Source: an uncultured Candidatus Peribacteria bacterium
Lineage (GTDB): Bacteria > Patescibacteriota > Gracilibacteria > CAIRYL01
DNA length: 64,000 nucleotides
Assembly (NCBI GenBank): GCA_964509985.1
Contig: CAZDZQ010000007.1
Coordinates: 2,139 to 66,138 of the forward strand
Reading direction: 5' to 3'
Shown here: positions 30,648-41,201 of the stretch, in pieces
How the letters are laid out: each line of letters starts with the position of its first letter
How positions within the stretch are numbered: the first letter of the stretch is position 1
Position numbers and translations under genes: made by a program
Notes under the pieces: generated by a model
What the model was told of the DNA's origin: nothing
Databases searched by the model: none
The model's input: the letters and a program-made list of their open reading frames with translations, nothing else

Positions 30648-31997
30648 TTAATATTTTTTTAATATTTTTTTAATTTCTTCTCTCACGACTATTCTATCAT
30701 CCCAAAAAGATGAAACTCCTCCAATCACTATAGATTGTTCAGATCCTTTTCCTGTAATAAAAACTATATTATTTTTATTTTCTTTTCCTAATTCTAAAGC
30801 TTTTTTAATTCCAGATCTTCTATCCTCAATTACAAATAAATTTTCATTTCTTATTTTCCCTTCTTCTTCTGCAAAAATTGCAATTCCTTCTGCGATTTCA
30901 GTTGGATCATCTTCATATGGGTCTACATTTGAAACTATTACGAAATCTGCACCATTTTCTTTTGGATTTTTTCCAACTTGTCTCCCCATAATTTCTCTTT
31001 TTGCTCTGTCTCTTCCTCCACCTTCTGCACCCAACAACACAATTACTTTTCCATTATTTTCTTTTACACATGCTCGTGCTGTTGTAAGAATAAAATTCAT
31101 GCTTAATTTTTCATGTGCATAATCTACAAAAACTGAAAAATCCTGTCCCTCATTTATTCTTTCCATTCTCCCCGGAATAACAGATAAACTATCAAACCCC
31201 ACTTGAATTTGTTGTGCAGACAAACCAAAATGTTTTCCTACTGCCACAGCCAATAACGCATTTTCTACATTTTTATCTCCTCCAATTTTTAGTGCATATT
31301 TTTCTGAATTATTCACAGAAAAAAAAGTTTTATCAGGAGTTATGTTTGTTATTTCAGCAAAAATATTTTCATTCACATTTTTTAATTTTTCTTTAGCTTT
31401 CATGCTAACTGTAACTTTTTTTTGAATATTTTCTTCTAAAAATTCATGTGAAAATTCATTATCATTATTCACAACAATAAGCTCCGAATTTTGATTTTTT
31501 AATTGTGTAAAAAACTTTTTCTTTGTATTTTTATACTCTTCAAAACTATTATTATGTGCGGGTAAATGCTCCGGTGAAAGATTTGTAAACATTCCAATTG
31601 AATATTGAATATTTTCATTTCTATGCTGTTTAATCCCCTCACTTGTAACTTCCATAACTACAACTTCACATTTTGCTTTTTGCATTTTTGCAAGTAAACT
31701 TTGCATTTCCATGCTTCCAGGCATTGTCATATGAGAAGTATTTGGCAATTCTTTATTTCCAATTCTAATATTGGCAGTTCCTATAAGTCCTGTTTTAATT
31801 CCATTTTGTTGTAATACTGACCACACAAAATTTGCAGCTGTACTTTTTCCTTTTGTACCAGTAATACCAATTACTTTCATTTTTTTAGATGGATTTCCAT
31901 ACAAAACAGAAGCAAAATTACTTTTAACTGCATGATAATTCAAAAGTATTTCTTCTGAAATTATATTTTTTATAAGAGATTTAATTTTTTTTAACAT
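30648..31997 (-). CDS. murE: Mur ligase family, MurE-like UDP-MurNAc-L-Ala-D-Glu:diamino acid ligase
   Basis: 449 aa. GITGTKGKSTAA P-loop, EVTSEG, TNLSPEHL, GAEGGGRDRAKR. Lacks the DNPR (meso-DAP) motif, reading SNVDPYEDDP instead. Confidence 0.7.
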   Translation of the reverse strand: MLKKIKSLIKNIISEEILLNYHAVKSNFASVLYGNPSKKMKVIGITGTKGKSTAANFVWSVLQQNGIKTGLIGTANIRIGNKELPNTSHMTMPGSMEMQSLLAKMQKAKCEVVVMEVTSEGIKQHRNENIQYSIGMFTNLSPEHLPAHNNSFEEYKNTKKKFFTQLKNQNSELIVVNNDNEFSHEFLEENIQKKVTVSMKAKEKLKNVNENIFAEITNITPDKTFFSVNNSEKYALKIGGDKNVENALLAVAVGKHFGLSAQQIQVGFDSLSVIPGRMERINEGQDFSVFVDYAHEKLSMNFILTTARACVKENNGKVIVLLGAEGGGRDRAKREIMGRQVGKNPKENGADFVIVSNVDPYEDDPTEIAEGIAIFAEEEGKIRNENLFVIEDRRSGIKKALELGKENKNNIVFITGKGSEQSIVIGGVSSFWDDRIVVREEIKKILKKY

Positions 31998-32059
31998 GCA
32001 AAAAAAGAAAGAGATAAATAAAATTTTAGTAAAAATAGTATAACAAAAAATAGATATTT

Positions 32060-33358
32060 TTACTCTAAAATATTTTCTAAAATAGTTGTTTTCATTTGCT
32101 TTTGTATAATAAAATATAAAACTAATAATAATATTAAAGCTAAAATAATAAATACTGCAATAAATATAGATATATTAAAATTAAATATTTCAGATGGAAA
32201 CAAAAATAAATTTATATACTTTTCCCAAAAAATAGATAATCCATATAACCCAAGAGTACCAAAACACAACCCAGAAAAAATCCCTAAAATTGCAACTCCT
32301 CCAGATTGTAATACAAAAATAAATGATACATTTTTTTTAGACATTCCCATAGCCTGCAAAATTCCAATCGTTTTTTTTTGCTCTATCAAAACAACCTGAA
32401 GAACAGAAAATAAAAACAAAAATGATAACAATAAGGTAATAGAAGAAGAAGAAATTAAAACAATTTCTAAGATATTTGTTACCTCTGTAATTTTATTTGC
32501 AATAACATTATGTGGTTTTATTTTTAACCCTATATTTTCCAAAACTTTTTGTAATTGATCTTGAGAAATTCCATTTTTTGCTAATATATGAAACTTTGAA
32601 TATCGTGTGGTTTCGTTTCCAAAAAAATTTTGCAAATCTCTTGCCTTAGAAAGAGGTATCGCAACCCCAACCATTGGTGCAAATGAAGAAAATCCAGAAA
32701 CAAATAACTTTTCTTGCTTTCTTTTTTTACGACTCATTGATGGTAAAAATGTAGATTTACCAAATTCTGCTGTTATATATTTTTGTGTAAAAAAATTATT
32801 TGAAATAGAAAATCCATTCATTATGCTTTGCACAAAAGAATTTATTATATCTACAGACAATGGATTTATAAGAACTGGAATTATATTTTTTTTTGGATTT
32901 TTAGAGTTTTCAAACTCTCTAGATTTAAACTCTTGAATATTTTTAAATAAATCATCTTCTATTCCATATAAAAAATATAAATCCAAAGAAAATTTTTTTG
33001 AAAATGGTAAATCTATATCAAATGCAAATGGCAAAATAAGAGCTGTTTCTCTATAGACTTTTTCCACTTCTGATAATTTTTCCAATTTAATTTTTAATTC
33101 ATCATCTATTAAAATATTATTTTGTGGATTTTTTTCAACAGAAACAATATTATCCTGCGTTGAAAATGTTTTTTTTAATGATTTCTCTAATCCAAACTGA
33201 ACAGATAAAAACATATAAAACAAAGCAGTTCCAATAAAAACTCCAAAAAATACTAAAAAATATTGCCATTTACGTGACAATAAAAACTTCATAGCCAACA
33301 AAACAATATTTTTTATTGAAATAGATTTATTGAGTAATGTTACACACTTTTTTTTCAT
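32060..33358 (-). CDS. FtsX/MacB-like ABC transporter permease
   Basis: 432 aa. N-terminal TM segment, large extracytoplasmic loop, then a C-terminal three-TM FtsX block (LLSFLFLFSVLQVVLIEQKKTIGILQAMGMSKKNVSFIF). No cognate ATPase gene is adjacent. Confidence 0.7.
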   Translation of the reverse strand: MKKKCVTLLNKSISIKNIVLLAMKFLLSRKWQYFLVFFGVFIGTALFYMFLSVQFGLEKSLKKTFSTQDNIVSVEKNPQNNILIDDELKIKLEKLSEVEKVYRETALILPFAFDIDLPFSKKFSLDLYFLYGIEDDLFKNIQEFKSREFENSKNPKKNIIPVLINPLSVDIINSFVQSIMNGFSISNNFFTQKYITAEFGKSTFLPSMSRKKRKQEKLFVSGFSSFAPMVGVAIPLSKARDLQNFFGNETTRYSKFHILAKNGISQDQLQKVLENIGLKIKPHNVIANKITEVTNILEIVLISSSSITLLLSFLFLFSVLQVVLIEQKKTIGILQAMGMSKKNVSFIFVLQSGGVAILGIFSGLCFGTLGLYGLSIFWEKYINLFLFPSEIFNFNISIFIAVFIILALILLLVLYFIIQKQMKTTILENILE

Positions 33359-33905
33359 CGGTATTTTCCAATTTTACAGCAGAGCGCACTAAATCAAAAA
33401 TCTGACGAGATGATTTTTGAGGCTCTTTCACTAAAGTTATAGAAAAATCTGCTAAATGATTTGATGTTCTAATATGAATAGTTCCAATAGAAAAAACTGT
33501 ATTAAAAAACCCCTTTATATCACCTGTTACATCTTGAATATTTGAAAGCCGAGTTTCTATAATATTCTTATGAAAAAAATCAATTTGAGAAATATCTATA
33601 ACCCTATCATTTGTTACAAATATTACATCAAACGCATGATTTAACCATGTAACAACATAGAAAAATGTAACAATCGAAATATATATTGCCGATAAAAAAG
33701 ACAACAATATAAAATTTTGACTCATATATTCACCTCCAAAATAATCAAAAGCAAAAAATATAATTCCTACAATTCCAAGAGAAGAAAATATCCACCTAAA
33801 AAATACTAATAAATCTATAATCCAATGCCTTCGTATTACAAAGTGTAATTTTTCATTTTGCGAATACTCAAATTCATCAGTTTTATATTGTAAAAATCTA
33901 TTCAT
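33327..33905 (-). CDS. Membrane protein with bacterial PH (YdbS/YdbT-like) domain
   Basis: 192 aa. VIRRHWIIDLL start, two TM segments, then a DVIFVTNDRVIDISQ...TIHIRT beta-rich segment. Overlaps the next gene by 32 nt. Confidence 0.4.
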   Translation of the reverse strand: MNRFLQYKTDEFEYSQNEKLHFVIRRHWIIDLLVFFRWIFSSLGIVGIIFFAFDYFGGEYMSQNFILLSFLSAIYISIVTFFYVVTWLNHAFDVIFVTNDRVIDISQIDFFHKNIIETRLSNIQDVTGDIKGFFNTVFSIGTIHIRTSNHLADFSITLVKEPQKSSRQIFDLVRSAVKLENTDEKKVCNITQ

Positions 33906-33919
33906 TTAAATATATTACA

Positions 33920-34294
33920 TTAATAATAATCTCCAACCATTGATGCTGCACTATTTGGACCATTAAAAAGTCGTTCAAATACAAGTGTTAATGCATCTCT
34001 AATTCTCTCAAAACTAATATATTCTCCAACTGCAAAATTTGCTACATTCCCTAGTAAAAAAATAAAACCTAAGGCTAAAAATGCAACAACTAAACCAATT
34101 ACTGCATACCGAATTGTTCCCATTGCACTTTTTATTTTTTCATCATCTCCTGAAGAAAAAATAAGTGCAAGCCCTCCGTAAAACATATAATATATACATA
34201 ATGCTGCCGCAAAAGATAAAAACAACCCAATTCCCAAATTTAAAAGAAAAATTGGATCAAAAATTGTTTGTATTGTAAATGCACTATCTCCCAT
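33920..34294 (-). CDS. Small two-TM protein resembling CPR/Firmicute T4SS pilin (TrbC/VirB2-like, PF18895-type)
   Basis: 124 aa. LFLSFAAALCIYYMFYGGLALIFSSGDDEKIKSAMGTIRYAVIGLVVAFLALGFIF follows the hydrophobic - GG - S.GD..K...A...I..A.IGL - hydrophobic pattern of that family. Confidence 0.5.
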   Translation of the reverse strand: MGDSAFTIQTIFDPIFLLNLGIGLFLSFAAALCIYYMFYGGLALIFSSGDDEKIKSAMGTIRYAVIGLVVAFLALGFIFLLGNVANFAVGEYISFERIRDALTLVFERLFNGPNSAASMVGDYY

Positions 34295-34618
34295 TTTTTA
34301 GTATAAAATATTAATTTCAAATTTAAAATTATCCATTTTGTATAAAGAGTATACAAAAAATTCTATCCACCAACAAGACTATATATCCCTATATACTGCA
34401 TAATATTATTGTAAATCTTTTCATTACTTGCAGTTTCTGGCCCCATTATAGTTAGAGCATCTAGTAGTCATACAGTAGGGCTTACATATATGAGAGGTAG
34501 AAATATAGAAGAATGCTTTAATGCTGCATCTCTTGGACTAAAAAAAATTTACTAGGCCTTGCAACAACTCAAACAGGACTAGCTGTAAATAAAAAATTTG
34601 GAATTAATCTATAATATA

Positions 34619-35371
34619 CTAATAACTCTCTTTTTTATTTGGAAACACAATATTTTTATCATCACTTTTTACTGCTGAAATATAATTTTTTACAGATTCA
34701 ACATTATTTAAAAAAGTTTTTCCAAATCGTCGTAAAAATTTTGGCTGAAAATTTGAATTTGTTCTTCCAACCACATCATCAAAAACTAAAATTTGAATAT
34801 TTACATCTTTCCCTGCACCAATTCCAATAATATCTCCAGAAAATATTTCTTGTGCTTTTTTTGCAAAATCTGCTGGAACACATTCCAAAACAATATTTTT
34901 AATCCCAATATCATCAAAAATTTTAATAGTTTCCAACAATTCATTTTGTTCATCTTGTGTTTTTGCCTGTACCTTCAATTCTGAAGTTTGTGGAGTTAAC
35001 CCTAAATGTCCAACAACCTCAAAACCTCGCGAAATCAATTCTAAAACAATAGGAATTATTTTTTTTCCACCCTCCAACTTAAAACAATTTGCACCAATGT
35101 TTTTAAATTTTTCTGCCGTTTCCACAGCTATCAAAATATTTTCAGTTGTTCCAAATGGAAAATCTAAAATTAACTTTATTTTTTTATTTACTGTTTTATA
35201 CACCGCTTCAAAATGACGAGCCATTATCTCAACAGTTACTTCTTTTGTAGAATCAAAACCATACACGGTCATTCCTAAAGAATCACCAATTAAAATACCA
35301 TCTACACCAGCCTCAAGAGAAGCTGTTGCAGATGGCACATCATAAGCAGTGATCCAAATTTTTTTATTCAT
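34619..35371 (-). CDS. panB: 3-methyl-2-oxobutanoate hydroxymethyltransferase
   Basis: 250 aa. ITAYDVPSA, ILIGDSLGMTVYG, DFPFG, CFKLEGG, VVGHLGLTPQT, IGIGAG, PKFLRRFG. Confidence 0.85.
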   Translation of the reverse strand: MNKKIWITAYDVPSATASLEAGVDGILIGDSLGMTVYGFDSTKEVTVEIMARHFEAVYKTVNKKIKLILDFPFGTTENILIAVETAEKFKNIGANCFKLEGGKKIIPIVLELISRGFEVVGHLGLTPQTSELKVQAKTQDEQNELLETIKIFDDIGIKNIVLECVPADFAKKAQEIFSGDIIGIGAGKDVNIQILVFDDVVGRTNSNFQPKFLRRFGKTFLNNVESVKNYISAVKSDDKNIVFPNKKESY

Positions 35372-35394
35372 ATAAATATTAAAATTTTTACCCC

Positions 35395-37164
35395 CTAGCT
35401 TAAATCTTCTGACAATACTTGAATATTTTGCTCTGCCAATTCTTTTTCTGGCATTGGAGCAGGAGCTCTCAACATTAAATCTCTTGCATTTTGATCTTTT
35501 GGAAATGCAATAACTTCACGAATAGTTGCTTCATCTGCCCAAAGCATTACAAGCCTATCTAACCCTAAAGCACAACCAGCATGTGGAGGACATCCATATT
35601 CAAATGCTTTAATAATATGACCAAATTTCATTTCTGTTTCCTCTTTAGAAAGACCAAGAGCTGCAAACATTCGAGCTTGCATTTCTGGATCATGAATTCT
35701 AACAGATCCACCTCCCAACTCTACACCATTCATAATTACATCATAAGCATATGATTTTACAGACATAGGATCAGATTCCAACCGTTCTAAATCTTGAGAT
35801 TGAGGCTGAGTAAATGGATGATGAGCAGATTGAATTGAACCATCATCTTTTTTCTCAAACATTGGAAAATCTAAAATCCAAGCAAATGCAAATTCATTTG
35901 AATTTTTTAAATTAAACATATTTCCCAATTCAGACCTAACCGCACCCAAAGGCTCTGTAGATGCAACAAATTCTCCAGCACCAAAAAATACTACATCCCC
36001 TGCCTGTGCTTTTGTTTTTGAAACAACCACATCTATAAATTCAGAATTTGAGTTTTTTGCAACAGGACCACTTTCTTCACCAACTCTAAGCCATGCAAGC
36101 CCTCCAGCTCCATGTTGTTGAGCCAATTTTGTTAAATTATCAATATCCTTTCGAGAAAGCTCTCCATTTGATTTTTCTGCTTTTAATGCGAATAAACATT
36201 CAGATTTTTCAAAAATCCCAAATCCTGAAGTTTTTGCTTCTTCAGAAACATTTACAAATTCCATTCCAAATCGTAAATCGGGTTTATCACTTCCATAATT
36301 TTCCATGGCTTCTTGCCATGTCATTCTTCTAAATTTTCCATCTACCAAATATTTTTTATATTCTTTTTGAGGAGCACATTTCTCTGTAAGCTTATGTAAC
36401 ATACCTTCTACAACTTGAATTACATCTTCTTGCTCAACAAAACTCATCTCTAAGTCTAATTGTGTAAATTCTGGCTGTCTATCCCCTCTTAAATCTTCAT
36501 CTCTAAAACATCGAGCAATTTGATAATATTTATCAATTCCACCCACCATACACATTTGTTTTAACTGTTGCGGAGACTGTGGCAACACATAAAAATCTCC
36601 TGCATGCAACCGAGACGGAACAAGATATTCTCGAGACCCTTCTGGAGTTCCCTTCACCATAATTGGAGTTTCTACATCTAGAAAATCTTGATCATGAAAA
36701 TAATTCCGAATAACATGAGTCATATCATTTCGCAATTTCATATTTTTTTGCATTTTTACACGACGCAAATCTAAATATCTATATTCAAGTCGTAAATCCT
36801 CTCTCACATCTTTTTCGGTAGAAATCTCAAAAGGAGGTGTTTTTGATTTATTTAATACCTCCAATTTTGTAACCAAAAGCTCTACTTCTCCTGTTTCAAG
36901 ATTTGGATTTGTTAAGCCTTCTCCTCGAGGTCGAACTGTTCCAGTTACCTGCAAAACCCATTCACTTCGAATTTTATCTGCTGCAGCATGCGCCTCCGCA
37001 GAATCTTCTGGATCAAACACAACTTGTGTAATTCCATATCTATCTCGTAAATCAATAAAAACAATCCCTCCGTGATCTCGTCTATGAAAAGTCCACCCAG
37101 AAAGTGTTACTTCTTTTCCAGCATCTTCAATTCTTAATTCTCCACATGTGTTTGTTCGAAACAT
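35395..37164 (-). CDS. aspS: Aspartate-tRNA ligase (bacterial type)
   Basis: 589 aa. FRTNTCGELR, GWTFHRRDHGGIVFIDLRDRYG, class II motifs FYVLPQSPQQLKQ, RCFRDEDLRGDRQPEFTQLD and GLDRLVM. Confidence 0.95.
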   Translation of the reverse strand: MFRTNTCGELRIEDAGKEVTLSGWTFHRRDHGGIVFIDLRDRYGITQVVFDPEDSAEAHAAADKIRSEWVLQVTGTVRPRGEGLTNPNLETGEVELLVTKLEVLNKSKTPPFEISTEKDVREDLRLEYRYLDLRRVKMQKNMKLRNDMTHVIRNYFHDQDFLDVETPIMVKGTPEGSREYLVPSRLHAGDFYVLPQSPQQLKQMCMVGGIDKYYQIARCFRDEDLRGDRQPEFTQLDLEMSFVEQEDVIQVVEGMLHKLTEKCAPQKEYKKYLVDGKFRRMTWQEAMENYGSDKPDLRFGMEFVNVSEEAKTSGFGIFEKSECLFALKAEKSNGELSRKDIDNLTKLAQQHGAGGLAWLRVGEESGPVAKNSNSEFIDVVVSKTKAQAGDVVFFGAGEFVASTEPLGAVRSELGNMFNLKNSNEFAFAWILDFPMFEKKDDGSIQSAHHPFTQPQSQDLERLESDPMSVKSYAYDVIMNGVELGGGSVRIHDPEMQARMFAALGLSKEETEMKFGHIIKAFEYGCPPHAGCALGLDRLVMLWADEATIREVIAFPKDQNARDLMLRAPAPMPEKELAEQNIQVLSEDLS

Positions 37165-37292
37165 AATTTTTTATAATATAAAATAATATTCTGTATATAC
37201 TATATCAAAAAAATATATGTGAAAAGAGTGAAGTAAGAGTTTTTGGAAAATATAACTTGATAAAAATTAAAACAATTTTAAAAACAATATAA

Positions 37293-37844
37293 TTATAGTG
37301 TTTTTACCATCTTCGCAGGATTTCCTGCGACTACTACATTTTTTTCTACATTTTTACTCACAACTGCACGAATCGCCACCACAGAATTTTCTCCAATTTG
37401 TACCCCTTTTAAAATAACTGTTTGCCCTGCAATCCACACATTTTTTCCTATAAAAATACTTTTTCCATTTTCTTCATATTCTAAAAATCTTTTTTCTTTT
37501 TCAATATTATGAAAATCATTATCAAGAATAATAGCACTTCCAATCATACAATTTTCTGAAACAATTATAGATTTTTTTGCCTGAAATAACGCACCATTTA
37601 TCTTAGAATTTTTTCCAATATTTATAACAGCATTTTTTGAATATGTTTGAAATCTATTATATTCTTCATGTGCCCACAAGCTTACACCATCAGAAATTTT
37701 TAACTTTCCATTTCCAGAAAAAGAAAATCTCCAATTCATTTGAATATTTTTTCCAAACTGTATTTTTCCAAAGTATCTATATGTGAAATAAAATTTACAT
37801 ATTTCTGATATGATTTTTATAATCAATTTTTTAATTTTATTCAT
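37293..37844 (-). CDS. Hexapeptide-repeat (LbH) acetyltransferase
   Basis: 183 aa. Repeated [LIV]G.N..I hexapeptides (IGKNSKINGALF, IGKNVWIAGQTVILKGVQIGENSVVAIRAVV) and C-terminal VVAGNPAKMV. Confidence 0.75.
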   Translation of the reverse strand: MNKIKKLIIKIISEICKFYFTYRYFGKIQFGKNIQMNWRFSFSGNGKLKISDGVSLWAHEEYNRFQTYSKNAVINIGKNSKINGALFQAKKSIIVSENCMIGSAIILDNDFHNIEKEKRFLEYEENGKSIFIGKNVWIAGQTVILKGVQIGENSVVAIRAVVSKNVEKNVVVAGNPAKMVKTL

Positions 37845-37953
37845 TTTTTTAATGTATCAAAATATGTTTATGATTTTTATCTGCAAATACTTTTTTAAAA
37901 GCTACATCATTTTTGTGGTCTACAAATCTCCTTGTTTTTATTGATTAGAATTT

Positions 37954-40650
37954 TTAACTATTTTCAACAATTTCTCGAATTTCTGGAAATCTCTCTAAAT
38001 TTACACCTTTTCCTTGCAGAAAAAATGGACTTCCTCCTCCATTTCCACCTGCCAATTTTTTTATTTTTTCAAATATTTCTCGTGCATTCACGCCACCTTT
38101 TTGGGTTGCAATCACAATTCCACCGTCTTCTGTAAACAATACAACACTATCCACTTTTTTATCAGACAATGCTCTAGCAATTCCTGCAACATATTTTAAA
38201 TCATGAGTTGGGAGAGGCTCACAAATAATAATTTTTATTTTTTCATCACACCCTTTTACCTCTATTTTTCTGCTGTAAAATTCTTCTGCTTCAAACGCAA
38301 GCAGTTTTTTATTCAATGCCTCAACTTCATCTTGTAACAATTTTTTTTCTGATACTAATTTTTCAATTCTTTCAATAATTTGAACAGATGAACATTTTAA
38401 TTTTTCTGCAATTTTTTCTTGATGCAAATATGTTTTGTCCAATAATTCTTGTGCTGTTTGCCCAACAACCATTTCAATTCTTCGAATACCAGATGCAGAT
38501 GAAGTTTCTGAGATAATTTGCACAGCTCCAATTTCTGAAGTGTTTTGAACATGAGTTCCTCCACACAATTCAAAACTTACATCTCCCATTTTTACAGTTC
38601 TTACAACATTTCCATATTTTTCAGAAAATAATGCTACCGCTCCAGAATTTTTTGCTTCATCAATACTCATTTCTTCAATTTTTACAGAATGAGAAGCGTT
38701 TACATATTCTGATATTTTATTTTGTACTGCCAAAATTTCTTTTGTTTTTAATGCTTTTGGATACGAAAAATCAAATCGTGTTCTGTTTTCATCTACCAAA
38801 GAACCAGCTTGTTCAATTCCATCTCCTAATACTTCTATTAAAGCAGATTGCAAAAGATGAGCAGCAGAATGATGCCTTGTTGTTCGGTTTCGCAAATTCT
38901 GATTAACAGAAATTTTTACCGTCATTCCCGTCGCTTTGTCTGGTCCTCCAAAACATGCTACTTTTTTAACCAATGATAAATGATGAATAAATACACCAGA
39001 TTTTAATTTTTTAGTATTAGTAATTTTAAAAATATTTTCTCCAATAATAACATCTCCTCTATCACCTACTTGCCCTCCACTTTCTGCATAACATGGCGTT
39101 TTATCTGTAACCATTTGTAATTTCCCAGGCTCAACTTTTATCAATTTTAAAATAGTAACTTCTACATTTTGTAAATTACTTCCCGTATCTCCAATAAATT
39201 TTGTTGCTGGTAAACCATCAAAAACTTCATTTCCTTGTCCTTTCATTTCAAAATTTTGATTTGCCCTCGAACGCTCTCGCTGAGCTTTTAATTCTGCATC
39301 AAATTCTACATTAAATTTTTCTTCATCAATAACAAAACCTTTTTCTTCAACTATTTCTCGTGTCAAATCTTTTGGAAAACCATATGTATCACTTAAAGTA
39401 AATGCAGACACACCAGAAAAATCAGACTGATTTTTATTTTTTATATTTACAATAATTTCTTCCAATTTCTTCTCCCCCCTATCCAAAGTTCTCAAAAAAT
39501 TTTCTTCTTCTATATTTAAACTATCTAAAATAACTTTTTTTCGCTCTCCAATTTCTGGATAAAATTCTGAAAATTCATCAATGTAAACCTCTGCAATTTT
39601 TGCTAAAAAATTCTGAATTTCTAATTTTTTTCCAAATCGTATTGCTCTTCGTAATAATCGTCGTAACACATATCCTCTTCCCTCGTTACTTGCCGCAACT
39701 CCATCTGCAATTAAATGAGAACTACATCTAACATGGTCTGCAATTACACGAAATGCACGAGTAATTAGGTTATTTTCATCTAAATCTCCAGTATATGGTG
39801 GATATTTTTTAGCTGATAATTTTTCTATTTTAGATATAATATTATCATAAACATCTGTTTCAAACACAGTAGTTTTTTCTTGAACAATCATTGTTAATCG
39901 CTCAAGACCCATTCCTGTATCCACATTTTTTTGAGAAAGAGCTTTTAATTCTCCACCTTCAATTTGTTCATATGCCATAAAAACATTATTCCAAACTTCA
40001 ATAAAATTATCTTCATCTGTTTCAGGATTTTGCCCTTCTTTTGGCTCTCCTTCACCCAGCCAAATAAATAATTCACTCGACGGACCACAAGGCCCCGTAG
40101 CCCCTGCTGCCCAAAAATTATCTCCTCGACCTTTTCGTCGTCTTTTTTCTGGATCTGTTGGAGCTCCAATTCCTATGATTTTATATTCAGGAATTCCCAT
40201 TTTCAACCAAATATCATGAGATTCTTGATCATATGGAAGTTTTTCATCTCCTCCGTATACTGTAACCCACAATTTTTCTTTTGGAATTTTTAACTCATCA
40301 ATCAAAAATTGATAACTCCATTCAATAGATTCTTTTTTAAAATAATCTCCCAAAGACCAATTTCCCAACATTTCAAAAAATGTAAGATGCCTATTGTCTC
40401 CCACTTCATCAATATCAACAGTTCTTACACATTTTTGAACAGATGAAAGCCGAACTCCTTGTGAGTGAGATTTCCCCATTAAATTTGGAACAAATTGTTG
40501 CATTCCTGCAGTTGTAAATAAAACAGTTTGATCATCAGAATCTGGAATTGTTGAAGACGAAACCACTTGCGAATGATTTTGCTTATTAAAAAATTCAATA
40601 TATTTTTTTCGTAATTCTACTGATGTAAATTGTGTAAATGTTGATAACAT
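37954..40650 (-). CDS. alaS: Alanine-tRNA ligase
   Basis: The ATG at 40650 gives MLSTFTQFTSVELRKKYIEFFNKQNH. FTTAGMQQF, the editing-domain HHSAAHLLQ...CGGTH motif, and a C-terminal DHHA1-like GGNGGGSPFFLQGKG. The track start at 40674 is a TTG extension. Confidence 0.95.
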   Translation of the reverse strand: MLSTFTQFTSVELRKKYIEFFNKQNHSQVVSSSTIPDSDDQTVLFTTAGMQQFVPNLMGKSHSQGVRLSSVQKCVRTVDIDEVGDNRHLTFFEMLGNWSLGDYFKKESIEWSYQFLIDELKIPKEKLWVTVYGGDEKLPYDQESHDIWLKMGIPEYKIIGIGAPTDPEKRRRKGRGDNFWAAGATGPCGPSSELFIWLGEGEPKEGQNPETDEDNFIEVWNNVFMAYEQIEGGELKALSQKNVDTGMGLERLTMIVQEKTTVFETDVYDNIISKIEKLSAKKYPPYTGDLDENNLITRAFRVIADHVRCSSHLIADGVAASNEGRGYVLRRLLRRAIRFGKKLEIQNFLAKIAEVYIDEFSEFYPEIGERKKVILDSLNIEEENFLRTLDRGEKKLEEIIVNIKNKNQSDFSGVSAFTLSDTYGFPKDLTREIVEEKGFVIDEEKFNVEFDAELKAQRERSRANQNFEMKGQGNEVFDGLPATKFIGDTGSNLQNVEVTILKLIKVEPGKLQMVTDKTPCYAESGGQVGDRGDVIIGENIFKITNTKKLKSGVFIHHLSLVKKVACFGGPDKATGMTVKISVNQNLRNRTTRHHSAAHLLQSALIEVLGDGIEQAGSLVDENRTRFDFSYPKALKTKEILAVQNKISEYVNASHSVKIEEMSIDEAKNSGAVALFSEKYGNVVRTVKMGDVSFELCGGTHVQNTSEIGAVQIISETSSASGIRRIEMVVGQTAQELLDKTYLHQEKIAEKLKCSSVQIIERIEKLVSEKKLLQDEVEALNKKLLAFEAEEFYSRKIEVKGCDEKIKIIICEPLPTHDLKYVAGIARALSDKKVDSVVLFTEDGGIVIATQKGGVNAREIFEKIKKLAGGNGGGSPFFLQGKGVNLERFPEIREIVENS

Positions 40651-40769
40651 AAAAATTTTGGTAATAATTGACAAATGATATTTTTTTTGAGAAAATGAAG
40701 AAGTCGAAAGACCTTCAAAATACTCCGTTTTAACTCAAGATGAAAGATTCTTTGATAGGGGTATTATTT

Positions 40770-41120
40770 TTATTTAGGATAAAAACTTATACATTCTAGT
40801 TTTTTATTTCTTTTTTCAAAAAAAACTAATCTATAAAACTTAGTTTCTATTTTATAGTAATGTTTATTTTTTTCCATACGCTGATATTCTACATCATATT
40901 GCGTTGTAAAAAAATCAAAACACTCAATTAGCCTAATTCTTCGTGAAATATCAGAATCAGAATATTTAGTACTTGTTCCATCTATTCCATATTTTTTTAT
41001 AAAAATATTAAAAAATAGCTTTCTGTTATTTTTTAATGTTAAAAAGGGTTCTTGCATTTTTGATTTTGGAAACATACTCACAACCTCCATTGCTAATAAT
41101 TTCAAATTTTTAATATTCAT
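40770..41120 (-). CDS. Hypothetical protein
   Basis: 116 aa from the ATG at 41120 (track start is a TTG at 41162). I recognise no motif. Sits between proB and alaS. Confidence 0.35.
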   Translation of the reverse strand: MNIKNLKLLAMEVVSMFPKSKMQEPFLTLKNNRKLFFNIFIKKYGIDGTSTKYSDSDISRRIRLIECFDFFTTQYDVEYQRMEKNKHYYKIETKFYRLVFFEKRNKKLECISFYPK

Positions 41121-41201
41121 ATAAGCTTTAAATAAACGCAGAAATAGCAGTAATTGCACCAAAAATGCAGGCTAAAATATTTAGAATAAGTAAATTATTT
41201 T

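Noticed and set aside
34295-34618. tRNA or other canonical small RNA in the less AT-rich spacer (the tagttagagca string looked D-arm-like)
   Set aside because: I could not fold a cloverleaf. There is no complementary D-stem, anticodon stem or T-arm GTTC motif in register. It is kept only as an unexplained region.
40651-40769. T-box or other riboswitch leader upstream of alaS
   Set aside because: Only about 120 nt are available. I saw no T-box consensus or specifier-loop architecture, only one short imperfect hairpin.
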